This document shows, piece after piece, positions 1-12,773 of a DNA stretch of 64,000 nt. The notes beneath the pieces are model-generated. The model was not told where the DNA came from. It did no database searches and worked only from the letters and a program-made list of their open reading frames with translations. Positions within the stretch are counted from its first letter, which is position 1. Every line of letters starts with the position of its first letter. A program made the position numbers and the translations under genes. This DNA comes from Gordius albopunctatus (taxonomy: Eukaryota). The DNA is taken from positions 992,001 through 1,056,000 of the forward strand of contig OZ193910.1 of NCBI GenBank assembly GCA_964276515.1, written 5' to 3'.

Positions 1-39
1 AGTCTAGATTTTCATAGATGTTTTTAATTTAAAAATTAG

Positions 40-3000
40 GAATATGGTGTGGAATTGAATGGGATAATAAACATCGCGGCAAACATGATGGAATATATAA
101 TAATCACCGCTATTTTAAAACAAGGTATATTATTATGAACTTCAATTTAATGTCTTAGATACTCTCATAATGCAACCTTTGTACTGTATGATAAGTTAAT
201 GTCCAAAATAAATTTGGGTGTTAATTGCATTGATGCCTTGCTTAGAAAATACAATGATTCAATTAATTATTTGGATAGCTCAATAAAAATTGATAATATG
301 CACTATGTGAAAAACGTGGGTTTTGAAAAAATTTATGATTATCAAAAGTAGCTATCTTATTACAAATATTTATTTTTTACAATTTTCTTATAATAATAAT
401 TCACTTTATAAAATGTTAAATGTGATGTTAATACCTATCTTTAATAATATATTGCAGAAATTTTAGTCAACTAACCATGGTGAATCTCTCACAACAATCA
501 ATTAACTGTTCAACCACTGATCAACCCTTATCTAGTTTATTAAAAAGTGTCATTGATTTGGATATTTCTTACAATTTAATTACATCATTCCATCAGTTGT
601 ATCATTTGCTAGATGGACTAAATAAACTCAAAATATTAAATCTCAGGTTTTTGCTAAATTATAACAATTTATGAAGTATAGTGGTAATTATTTAGTGGCT
701 GAGAATAAGTCAAAATCATATGTTAATCTAACTACACTCATGGCTAACTCAATGGGTTATGGGTGGAAAGAGGTACACATATATACAATTTATTAATATA
801 TAATTCAAATCCTAACTTTTATAATAATTTATTAATTTTGACTAACTTTGGTTTGCTTATATTTGATAAAAGGTAAACATTTTCCTCTCACTTTTTCCAA
901 ATTTAGAAGACCTGTTTTTTTGTTACAATGGAATTCAGCATGATACTCTACTGCAAGCTATTGATAATGAAAATTTTAAAATTCGCAATCTAACATTAAA
1001 AAAATTAGATATCCAAGGAAATGAGAACTTAATTGATTGGATAAAGGATGTATCACCTTTGGTTAAAATATTTCCTAATTTAACATCATTATGCCTTAAT
1101 GATACTAATATTTCTAACATTTCACCCTCCAAAACTGATGGTAAGCTATCCTGTCTAACCGTTTTATTTAAATTTTAAATAGGGCCATTTAAAAATCTTA
1201 AAGATCTATACATGCAAGGATGCAAAGTATTGTCATGGCTTGAAATAGCAAATTTGAATGAAATTGCACCAGACTTGGAAAAACTTGTTATTAATAAAAA
1301 TCCATTATTTTCTGACCACAACCCCGATGAAAAAATCAAATTTGGTGAATTGAGCACTAGCTACATGCTTGTTATTGCTAAATTACCAAATCTAAAATCC
1401 TTGAATAAAGTTGAAATTAAGTCATGTGATAGACAAAGTTCCGAACTATACTACCTAAACTTTTATGCTTCTGATTGGTTAAACTCGTGTCAAGATTCCT
1501 CTTGCAAATTAAGCTTTCAAGAATGGCATCCAACCTATGAAATTTTAATCAAAAGTAAAATCTTTATTTATTTAAATCTGATTCTACATTAATACATTGC
1601 TTTCACATACATTTTACTTTTAGAGACTACTTTAAAAATGTTTTACACGGTGGTTTGTTACTCAAGTGTATCTACTAAGCATTAAATGCTCTATTAATTC
1701 TTAAATTTCACTTATCATTAAAATACAGTTGTATGGTTTTGATGTTGTAATTGTGATGCAATTGCTAGTTATAAATTGGTAGCCATGGTGGCCTATATCA
1801 TAAGGCATCTAAATTCAAGATTTAGGCTATAAATAATTTTTTAGATTATATGGTAAAAATGGTTAGTTGAATATTTTGTAATTTGCTTAAAATAATAAGA
1901 AATTATTGTTTTAAATAGATTTCTGATTTAATTCAATTGTTAACTATACTATTATGATATCTCTTTGATTAAAATGCTTTTGTTTTATGTGAATGTTTTA
2001 GCTTTACATTTTTTTATCATAAAATTATGGTTTTAATATATTAAGTCAGGATCTTGTAAGGTGCACAGCACACACATATTGATTGTGAATATAATTGAAA
2101 TTTTTTATCATATATTACCTTCCAAAGCATTAATTTTTAAATAATTTTTGATCATTTGACCATAAATTATTGTTTTGATTAAATTGAAGTTTTTTATTTA
2201 GAGTATGGTGCTCCAAATGTTGTTAACCAATTGTCTCCTCCTCTAATAAAGAATGAGCTCATTAACGTGACTTTTGATTTTGGTGGTATAATTATCCATA
2301 AACAGATCCCTAGTAAGTTGACCACACACTCAAATTATTATAATATACTTAAAATATTAACTCATATTTAAAATTTGGGAGGTTCCTATATTGGTGTTAA
2401 AGCTAAGATCATTTAAAGAGTGGGGTTGTATATACCTCATCATAAGCCTGCCCATAATTGAGATTTTCATAAATACACTCCAGGGTTAAACTTTCGCCTG
2501 AAAATAGAATTTTCTAGGTGTTCTCATTATTCTTTCTTCCATATCTTTTGCAAATTTTCACTGCCCAAGTGAGCTTTAAAAAAACCATTTAAAATGGCGC
2601 TCAAAGTTACTTGATTGTTTTTTAGCCATTTGCCGTCTAATTGATTATACATGAAGTGCATGTCAGAGACAAGAAAAGGCAACTACTGTCTTAAATTTCA
2701 ATTTTCGGTCCCGGGTGGGCACGCTTATAAGGTTCGGGCATAATTAAATTAAAAACAGGATATTGGTTAGTTGCTTTTTTTAAAAATGTATATCGAAAAT
2801 GCTTAAAATGAAATAACATAATTTCGCCACCACTTCCCAAGTTATTTTCCTTCAGATCCCTAGCGACGTTCATGTAAGGGATTGAAATATTTTTATATGT
2901 GTAGCCCTTTCTTTCATTGTTCGCAATACACATCCGGCGTTTAGACTTAAAACAAAGGGGTCATGCCATTTGCACACGATGTATGCACATATAAGTGTTG

Positions 3001-3790
3001 TTGAATTTAATTCTAATTCATTCAACCTTTTTAACAAAACAAATTTGTTTTAACAAAGCTTCTCTTTTTGAAATTCCGCTTTTTTATTTCCTAATCTACG
3101 CTATTACTTATTTCTATAATAATCCCCATCTTTTTTTGCCCCATTCAATTCGCCCTTCTTATTCCTTTATCTACGCTATTACTTATTTGTGTAATACCTA
3201 ATTAATTCCCATCTTTTTTTGCTTCTAATAAAAATTCTCTCCATTATACTCTATAGTTAGTATTAATTGAAATAATTTTTTATTAATAACCTTAATGCAT
3301 TAGCAATTAATCTACTAAAATTTTGTGACCTATTAATCGAGTCGGGCAGTTCAACTAATGGTTCCGGCATGGCCGAACGGGTCGAATTTAGAAACCAGAA
3401 CAACATTGAAAAGCTTAGGGCAAAAGCGTGTCTTACATTTTTTAAGATTGATTTCCTTTTTTGCAGAGGACATGTGTACGTGGGTGTAGCCAAGGGAAGG
3501 GGCACCTGCCCCCCCTCTAATCCCAATGCTGGCTACGGTCATGGAGGTGGTGTACATTTCGTATTTTTTATTTATAATTAGTAAATTTATCGGTGACGAA
3601 ATGCAAGAGGATGGTCAAAATTCTATACAAACTTCCGCCTTCCACTTTACCCGTTCTAAGGTTGTTACCGAAAAGTGATGATTTGAATCCTATCCAAAGC
3701 TCTCCGGCCATACTATTAGATAACGATTATCGCGAATTAAATTTTTACTCCATCAGAAATGGCGATAAAATTTTAATTGACGTTGATTGA
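40..3790 (+). CDS. TBCE: Tubulin-specific chaperone E (CAP-Gly / LRR / Ubl), 5'-incomplete in window
   Basis: Exons 40-124, 159-347, 458-646, 682-772, 873-1140, 1183-1554, 2202-2312, 3582-3790, all GT-AG with matching phases. Translation gives the CAP-Gly motif GIWCGIEWDNKHRGKHDG...RYF, several LRRs (LDISYNLI, LNLSGN, LDIQGN, LCLNDTNI, LVINKNPL), the LRR cap IAKLPNLKSLN...DRQSSELYYL, KYGAP, and a C-terminal Ubl ending LDNDYRELNFYSIRNGDKILIDVD*. Confidence 0.93.
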
Positions 3791-4608
3791 ATTCATATGT
3801 ATCATGGGAATCTTTTAGATCGATTTTATTTAAAAATACAATTCATAAAAGATTGTACTTAATAGTAAGTATCTTATTTTTTATCTTGCGTGGGACTATG
3901 AAAACTTAAAGGAAACACCATTTATAGTTGTTTCGCAAATGTTTTATAAGCTAGGCAATTAGTCTAGAATCAAGTTAAAAGTAAACTTTTTATTTCATAG
4001 ATCCCGGATATATGTGTAAAGTATGCGACAAAAATTTAGGGTTGCAATATGAAAATTAAAAAATCTGCGTCCCAAACTATAAGACTTAGTTGCTTAGATA
4101 AATTTCTAAAAACACTAAAAGCAGCATTAATTAAAGAAACGCCATCTATAAAATTTATTTTTTTAACACTAAATAATGTCAAAATTAAAGAGATCCTATT
4201 TTTTTACAAAGCATGCCTTTATAAAAACCACATTAAAGCTTGCGTTTGTTGTCTTGACTTCTTTAAAAGGTAAGATGGGCGTAGCCAAGGGGAGGGCAGG
4301 TAAGGTCGGTTGCCCCCCCCCCATCTTAATTCAAAAATTTGTTGAAATTTTTATGTCTCAATTTTCCAAAAATGAGTAGTTGCCCCTTTTTGATCTTTAT
4401 TGACCCCCTCCAAATCCAATGCTGCCTAGGCCGATGAAAGTTAATATAGGTAACGTGGGAAAGGAGACAAATGTGGGTGCGATTATTTAGCGTCAAAGTC
4501 AAGTGGGCAAAAGGGATTATAAAGAAGGATGAAAGTAATTTAAGGAGAGGTTAGGTATGGTTGTTTAATAAGAGGTCTGGATAGAAATCAGGTGATGCTA
4601 AACGAATC

Positions 4609-4975
4609 TCTTCTTCTTCTTTATCAGTCATTCGGTCTCACAGTCGTGGGGTGTGTTTTGATTAGTTCCTTCCATCCTGACCGGGTGAGTGCCATATCTT
4701 GACTAATCTATTTTGTTTTCATTACTTTATCGACTGGCCCTTTCCCCGTGACACGGGGTCCTCCTCTTCCTCTCTTCCCCGGTACCTCGATGTCCAGTAC
4801 TTTTCGATTTTAGTCATTCGTGTCTCTTCTTAGTATATGCCCAGACCGCCTTAGCCGATGTTCGTTAATCATGTCCGCCATAGGTTGAACACCCATTTTT
4901 GTCATGAGCAGGTCATTCGTCATATGGTCGAGCTTAGTATAATCAAAGCTCCACCGTATCATTCTTATCTATGTG
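4609..4975 (-). mobile_element. RTE-like LINE 3' end fragment
   Basis: Minus strand encodes ...INEHRLRRSGHILRRD...VPGKRGRGGPRV...TRSGWKELIKT, then a (GAA)n tail. Near-identical to the copy at 28190-28503. Confidence 0.8.
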
Positions 4976-5191
4976 GCTATGCCCATGTTTCACTTCTATA
5001 GAGTAACATCTATCTTACGTAGTGTTGTGGGCGCGCTATGCTGAGAGGGTATGGTAGCCTTAAGAAAAAGAGCCACACCCACACTGTTAGTCTACTTTTC
5101 TGGTGAAGGCATTCAGTGTGGGTATGTTGAATACCGACCACTAGCTAGTTATTGTTTTTTCATAGAGACCCGATGGACCATTAGATATATG

Positions 5192-5941
5192 TAGGGCTGC
5201 ACCGATATTGGTATCGGTATCGATACCACGATTTTTGAACGATATCGGTATCGGTTATTAATCGTACCAATACCGATACTTGAAACTTTTTTTACAAATA
5301 TTATATTTGTTAGAGCTGTATATCTATATACTTTTTAAATTAAATTTTACTTAATTGCTCTTAAATCTAATTTATTTTTTCATTGATTCATTCATTCAAA
5401 TTTCTACCGCCACATGTAAGTTAGTTCGTATTATTTACAATTTATAATATAATGTATTTAGGTCTAAATCTAAAAGCAAGTCATTAATTTGGAATTATTT
5501 ATAATTGATGAGAAATCAGCACATATTGCAGCCTGTACAATTGATAACTGTAATAAAAAAGTTTTAAGAGGTGGCAAGACATCAATTAATTTTAACACCA
5601 CAAATCTTAGAAAACATATCCTTATAGAATATTGGGCAACAAATAGTTCCGATTTCCCAATATTAGCAAGACTGGCCATAAAATACCTGTCGTCAACCGC
5701 CACATCTATCTCTTCTGAATCTATTTTTCGTATAACTGGTGATATCGATAATCCACATATAAGATCTCTTCTACCTGGTACTATCGAAAAATTACTATTT
5801 ATGAAAAAAAAAATTGGAATATTTCAAATAAAGCTTTATAAATATTAACAAGTCTAATTTTTATAAGATGTAAAATATCGGTATCGATATATTTATTTAA
5901 ATATCGGTATCGGTTAAAAATTTGGTATCAGTGCAGCCCTA
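5192..5941 (+). mobile_element. Non-autonomous hAT transposon (internal deletion derivative)
   Basis: TIRs TAGGGCTGCACCGATA / TATCAGTGCAGCCCTA, perfect 8-bp TSD GATATATG (5184-5191, 5942-5949) and subterminal TATCGG repeats. ORF 5489-5848 joins a BED-finger remnant (CTIDNC...TTNLRKH) directly to the hAT dimerisation motif (YW...FPILARLAIKYLSSTATSISSESIF). Confidence 0.92.
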
Positions 5942-6869
5942 GATATATGCTAAGGGGGTGTTATTACCTAGTTGTTATTGTCATCATCATCAACACGATG
6001 TGTGCTTTTGTGCGTGCAGTGCAGTCAAATTTGTTAATCTAAACTATCCTATCTATCAGATACCTGATGGCACTAGAGTTGTTATGTAATTATTTCTGAG
6101 CATATTGACATTCTAGGATGTTTAAAATAGAAGGTACCGGACATTACACTTCAGATACTTGTTGGTAGAGTTGTTATGTAATTTTTTCTCAGCAGATTGC
6201 TCGGATATACTGATTTGGTAATTATTTTTTAAACTCTTTTATTTTTAACGCCAAATTATTCTTGTTTCATTTCAGATAAATTAATTGTAAATATATATAC
6301 AATCAAATAAACATTTCTCGAGGGGGGGGGAGCTGGCAAAAAATTAAACAACCAACAAGTCGAGCTCGCTGCTGGGCCCACTCGGCTATGGGATGGGGCA
6401 GGCTACCGTAAAAAAAATCATTTTTATCCAAAAAATATTAACCATGAAAATTTTATAATTCCCTCATTCAAAAACTCCTTATGTTTTAGGTTTTTATAAG
6501 TGTCTTAAAGTCTTTGATGTAACTGAACTATAATATTTTAACCCATAATAGTAATTAATCAAAAAACCTTTCAGGAATTCCCCCCCCCCTCATTTACGCC
6601 ACTGATTTATCCACAGTGTTGCTATTTTATGTTAAAGAAAGTAAATAGTACAGAATACCCCCTCCCCCTCATACCTTACTTGTTTCATCAATGTGATGGT
6701 TAATGTAATGGCACATGTGGCGGTTCTATTTTCTACAATTTAGGACCATGGGGGAGGGGATTAGTAAGAAAAGAGGGAGATCTTACTACACTAGGCAAGC
6801 GCGTCTTACGATGGACCTTTATAAGGGTGTGGTTTCTTAGTCTCTTTCTTCTTATTAAGGCGCGGGTGT

Positions 6870-8180
6870 AAAATGGCGCGCTGCATAACATCACTAGTCT
6901 TACGATGGATTTGTAAGAGTTGCTCTTCAACCATATTGGCATTTTCTTTTCGCACATTACACCGGATACACTTTGCCATTTAAGCCATCCTTTTGGGATC
7001 TGGGCATTGACTTTCGTTGCGCAACCTCCCTCTTAATGTAGCATCGAGCCGAGGTACGTAAACCTGTCTTTCTTTTGGTACTTTAGATGGTCATCGAGCG
7101 ATGGGCTGCCTGTACCGTTCATTTTCATGTATACCTTTTCTCAATAGTTGACCTTTAAACCATATCCAGCTAAGCGCTTTGACCTCTTTTCGGCTTCTTC
7201 TAATACTTTCTGTTTCTTCGCATATTACTATATCATCGGCATATAGCATACACTATGTTATGGCTTTTGATTGTCCCTCGTGATGGTGTCTATAATTATA
7301 TTAAGTAAAAAGGGACTTAAAGCAGATCCTTGATGTAATCCAATTTTAACCCAAAGAGGTTTAGAGTTTCCAGCTGTCGTTCTAACGTAAGAGTTTGAGG
7401 CTTCCTAAAAATTTTCCATAAGCCGTATATATGCGTCAGGAAAATTTTTTTTTAAGCACCACCATACTAAATCGCGGGGGACTGTGTCATAAGCTTTCTC
7501 CAAGTCAATAAAAACCATATGTAGGTCTTTCCTCTTTTCACCATACTTATCCATCATTTGTCTTAGAGCGAAGATTGGGTCGATTGTGGATTTGCCGGCC
7601 ACAAATTCGAATTGGTTAGCCGATAAATACACCTCGTTTTTCAGTCTTGTTACTAAGTTTCCATAATCTTTAAGGAGTGATAAGTTAGCTTGATACTTCT
7701 GTGATTGCCACAGTCTTGAGGGTATCCTTTGCCTTTAAATAAAGGTATAATCGTGCTTGCTCTCCATTGATTAGGAATTTGCTCTTCTACCCATATCTTG
7801 TTAAGAAGTTCGTTATGGTGGTGACCCCTTCTTCACGCAGGCGCGTAGCCCGGATTTTTTCAAGGGGGGGGGGGGAGAAAAATTCTGAAAATTTTCGACA
7901 CTTTTATTTATAATGTAACAAAAGTATTTGCGTACAAATGCGAAATTTCAAGGCACTATATAACCAGCTTTGGAAAAATCTCTTCTCTTTATTAATCAGA
8001 GCATTTACTATAGATTTCATACTTTCAAAAAGGAAATGGACCTTCAAAAAAATTTTTCCAATTTTGGTCAAGGGGGTAGAAAATACCCGATTTCTCCCCC
8101 TTGGCTACGCGCCTATCTTCACGACATCCGAGCAATGATTCCATAGGTATTCCATGTAGGCCAATTGCTTTACCCTTAAT
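6870..8180 (-). mobile_element. Degenerate RTE-like LINE reverse transcriptase, interrupted by a MITE
   Basis: Minus-strand translation gives GKSTIDPIFALRQMMDKY...LHMVFIDLEKAYDTVPR, GLHQGSALSPFLL, MLYADDIV, FTYLGS and KMPIWLKSNSYKSIVR, with frameshifts. It continues after the 7838-8115 insertion. Confidence 0.88.
7838..8115. mobile_element. hAT-type MITE
   Basis: TIRs CAGGCGCGTAGCC / GGCTACGCGCCTA and perfect 8-bp TSD TCTTCACG (7830-7837, 8116-8123). A related copy lies at ~33339-33515. Confidence 0.88.
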
Positions 8181-8719
8181 AAATCAATTAGATAAAATGA
8201 ACGAGAATGCGTTAGGCCAATGGAAGTATAGAAGAAGTGTCATTACCGATGGATGTATCCAGGATTAAAATTAAGGGGTGGAGGCAATAATGATTTAGGG
8301 AGGGGCAAAATAACAATTTATCTAAATTATAGCCATAATTTGATAAAATCTTTGAGATTTTTTGGATTTAGTGGGGGGGGGCAGCCACTCCTGGCTGCGC
8401 TCATTTATATGTCAGCGTTACCGCTCATTTAAATTACATTCATTAGATTTAAATATGTTAGCAATCAAAACTTGCTTGTTCCAAACGACAGCGTGTATTA
8501 AAAAAACAAGGTCAAAAAGGTTATGAATTTAGTGTCCCTACTCTATTGCCTAGATGCATCCGCGTGCTCTAGACGCAAAGTTATGGAACTATGATGTTGG
8601 GATCAATCTGTTAGGGATGTTATCGGAAGAAAGAAAAATCTCTATTGACGGTGCCATAAGTCGCAGGATTATCAAGAGTATAGGGAGACTAAAAGAGCCG
8701 CAAAAAAGGCAGTTGCAAT

Positions 8720-9153
8720 CAGAGGTCAGATTTGTTAGAATTTTTCTGCCCGAACCCGGCCCGACCCGATTTAATAATTAATCTGCCCGCCCAAACGCTT
8801 CTATGTGTCCGCTTGACAATGCCCGAATTATCCCAGCTGCCCGAACTGCCCGCCCCGAAAAGGTGTATTTTAAAACTATTAGCACTAATATCGTTATATT
8901 TTTTAAAAATTTTATCTTAATTTTTGATTTTTTTTAAATGAGAACTAGTATTAACTAACATTGTGAAATCAATTTAAAAAGTGGCAAAATATACACAAAA
9001 ACAATATAATACATTATTTTAAAAACAAAATTGAGCCCGAATCGCTCGAATCTTATTATGGTGCCCGCCCGGGCCCGCTAGAGAGTTAAAATTTACGACA
9101 GTTTCCCGGACCGTGGGTCGGGTGGGCAGCGGGCCGGGCAAATCTGGTCTCTG
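8720..9153. mobile_element. hAT-type MITE with GCCCG subterminal repeats, inserted in a plus-strand RTE fragment
   Basis: TIRs CAGAGGTCAGATT / AATCTGGTCTCTG and TSD GTTGCAAT/ATTGCAAT (7/8 match). The flanks rejoin into an RTE-like peptide. A second copy lies at 18864-19717. Confidence 0.8.
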
Positions 9154-9509
9154 ATTGCAATAGCCGAAGAATGCCGTGTACACCGAGATGGCAAAAAACT
9201 GGATCATAAAGGGGGCGATAGGCTTTTGTACAAATTGACCAAGATAAGGGGGAAGAAAATTCGTGGTGTCGGAGTTCTTAAAATAGTCAAAAACGAGGAA
9301 GGTTAAACCTTATTCAAGCCAAGTAGTGTTATAAAAACGGCTGTGTTTTGTTTGGCCGACCTTTGGTTTTAGTCAACTAGACATCAACTCAATACATGTG
9401 AAGTTGCAAAATACAAAGCCCTATTATCGTCAAACATTTTTATTCCTGTAAGAAAGTTAATTAATTAAAAACACAAGAACAACAAATTATTATTATTTAG
9501 GTTACGTTA

Positions 9510-12060
9510 TTTTTTTTTTTTAATTATTAAAAAGTTTATTTGTTAAAAATCCGTCGACAGTAATATAATATAAATACATAAAATATAAAAGATAAAATGC
9601 GTCAAATAAAATAATACACTATTCTAATATATCATCATCGAGGGGATCTTCCAAAATTGGCCAAGAATCCGCGAACGATTTAAAATTGTACTTGGCTATA
9701 AGAATACCAAGTCGTTGTTTAAGTAAAAAGGATACCGAATGTTTAGACGGGGGAGAACGTCTTCCTACCTCTTTAAAAAAGGCTAAGGGCTGTTTGCCAA
9801 AGGTGCCTGAACACGAAGCAACCAATGGAATAAAAATGTTTGAGGATAATAGGGCTTTGTATTTATTAGCTTTCCGCCCCTCTGCGACAGCTAAAGAATC
9901 ATTGTTGTAGTTAGAGGGGGCAAATAGGTCAATACACGTGAAGTCCCATTTAAGGTGAAGACCATTGCTCCATGGGACTAAAGAAGATCCATCAGGACGC
10001 ATACGTCCCTCCAAGGAGGGGTCCAATGGCTCCAAGATGGATGGGATATTTGCTCTCTTCAATATTGTGTCTAACATATTTAAATTTGTTTGCCAGGCAG
10101 TGTAAGGGATGCATGGCTTGTTCGTCTACGAGTATGCTGCAATTTCGGCAAATAAATGGCTTCGAAAATTTCACCCCTAGCCTGAGAGCTATGGAGTACG
10201 AAAGTTCCGAGTCCTCCAGCATCATCCCGGTGAGACAGCTTGGGTAGACCTCTAGCCATTTGTGACCTGAGCCATCAAACAAAAACGACCTTAAATTAGA
10301 ACACTGACTTGCATCGCTACTCGAAATTAGATAATCAACGGAGCGCAACACGAGTCCGGCATCCCAATCTTTTTGTCGTGAGGTTTGTGGCAAAGGTGTT
10401 CCGGGATTGGTATTGTTTTCCCAGATAGCTAAAGCGATGGGTAAAAGCGGGTCTTCTTTAACAGGATACAACTTAAAAATGGTATCTTGTACCGATTTGT
10501 AAGATAAAATAAACGAGACTAGAGATATTGCGGCAGGTGAGCGAATCCCTAAACCACCCGATTTGGTTGGCAGGGAAGCTTGTAACCAGCTATGAGTATT
10601 GAACTTTATATTTAAAATAGATTGTAAAATAGATTTAATATTCTGTTCGAAGGGGTTTAAAATTTCCGAGTGTAAAAAAGCACTTGAAGAGCGAAAACAG
10701 TGTTGAATTTTTGAAATATTAAAATAGTTTTTCATTATGTAAAAAGCGTGGTGTGAAGGCAAACACTTTAAGAGATCTAATTTTGAGTTTAAAATAGAGA
10801 GATTTTTCTCCAAATAAGTTGCGAGTCCAACTCTACCACCTATAGGCGATCCAAGATGGCACATAGCGTCTTTCTCGATTGCTAAAAAAGGGGTAATGTG
10901 TGGATATAATGAGTAATCAGGGGGTTGAAAGATCTCACATTTGGTCTCGTTTAGTTTTAGTTTTAAAATTGGTTCGAAATCCTTTATAATTTTGATGGCT
11001 TTAAAAACTTCGCGAGGATGACCACAAAGGGTGGCATCGTCCAAGTACCAAATATTAAGTGTTATGTCGCATTCGTGCGATATTTTTTCCACTAAACATT
11101 GGATGCCTGAGCAAAATAATGGCGGACCCAATGGGTCACCTTGTTGGATACCTTCAGATGAATTTATTTTAAAATCCCCAAATCTTAAAAAGGATGTTGA
11201 GCCATAACTTAATAAGATGTAGTTATGGAACTCCGGAAATTTCTCGAAAAAATTTTCGATAAGGACATCTCTACGAATGCTATTAAAAGCGTTGGCAAAG
11301 TCTAGTTTTACCATGCAATGATCCGATGGTATGCCTTCGAGGGCTAGCCTAGCGGCATGACTAGCAGCTTCGCAGCCACCCTTTATTCCAAAACCTAATT
11401 GATGTGGACTTAGGTTAGTGGAAAGGATCGGTTTGATTTTATTACATATTATTTTAGAAATAATCCTCCTAAAAACTCCCCCAATAGCGATAGGTCTTAG
11501 TGAATTGTCTGGCTTCTTAATCGCTATCAATTTGGCGCCAAACAAAATAGGTATTATTTCATGAGGCACGTCCCCATTGACAATGAGATTGCATAACGAT
11601 GTTATGGCCTTTAGGAGGCATGTTGAGTTTAGGTTATTAATTTTAAGTAAATCTTGGAGATATACAGGGAGGATTCCGTCTAGGCCGGCTGCAGAATCTA
11701 GGGGAAATGAGTTAATGGCTTCAGCGACCTCGGCGGAATCTAAGGATATGTTGGATTTAGAGTAGGGATATTTATCTAAGGATGACGAAGGAGGATGCTT
11801 TAGTATAAGCTGGTTGTAAGTTTCCTGTGTTCTTGAGGCGATTGTATCGTTGCCATAAAACACCCTCAGAGCTCCCGTTGGATTGAAATGATTAATTTTG
11901 CTGGATACAAGCCTAGCAGTATGTTTCAAAGATAATGCAAAAGCAGGTTTTGTCTGGGAAGGGCATAAGAGTGTACAGGTGTCAAAAGTAGCAATGGAGT
12001 CTTTTATTTGTTTAGATAGGTTTAAGTCTTCGGGCGGCCTGATAAAGAGAATGTGGTATG
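9510..12060 (-). mobile_element. 5'-truncated CRE-like non-LTR retrotransposon (RT + zinc knuckle + restriction-like endonuclease)
   Basis: ORF 11929-9992 has RT motifs LRPIAIG, KLDFANAFNSIRR, GIQQGDPLGPPLF, IWYLDD, HLGSPIG and QASLPTKSGGLGIR, then CRNC...HPLHC...RHN. After a frame change near 10065, ORF 10077-9619 has the RLE motifs RPDG...WDFTCIDLFAPS...AEGRKANKY...FIPL...GTFG. AATAAA and a poly(A) tail follow (plus-strand T run ~9510-9522). Confidence 0.9.
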
Positions 12061-12773
12061 AGAATTATCATAAAACTAATTCATTTTTAGCTTACCTTAA
12101 CTTTCTTATAATTCAGGATATATATAAAGTAAAGTCTATGTATGTGTGTATGTATGTAAGGGCTAAATTCTGAAACTACCGGCCCTATTCGCGCGAAAAT
12201 TTAGCCGTAGATGCCCAGGGCGGTCAGGTGTAAAATGGCTTAACTTAAAGGGCTCTTGTATATCTCTAGTTCAATACAGAAAAACTGAAAAGAACTCTTT
12301 GCATATTGGGTCTTAGAGGAAAGATCACAGGCGGTTTTGGGTTACAAAATCAATAGTTAATGCAATTACTAAGTGCAAACACAATACTGACAATATTATT
12401 AAGGCATTTTCTTCAAAACCCTTCGTAGTTATTGATTTACATATAATTTTAATAAATTTTTTGCTTCAATTTTTTGAAGCAAAATTATAACACAACTTTT
12501 TGTCTCCTAAGCAATCCTGACTACACCACTGATGTATACAATCTTAATATTTTTTTATTTATAAAAAAATTAAGCCCCTCCCCCTTCTTTTAGCCAATCC
12601 TGTCTTCTCATAAATGTACAAATACTTTATATACTTTTATGTATAGACACTATGCAATCGCTTTAATTATCTAGAAAAAAGCTAGCCATTCAAATCTTTT
12701 AAACATATCATAGGAGCTTCTCTGAGTGGAACAATTTGACACCACATTACGTTCAAATCCATATTGGTAAAAT

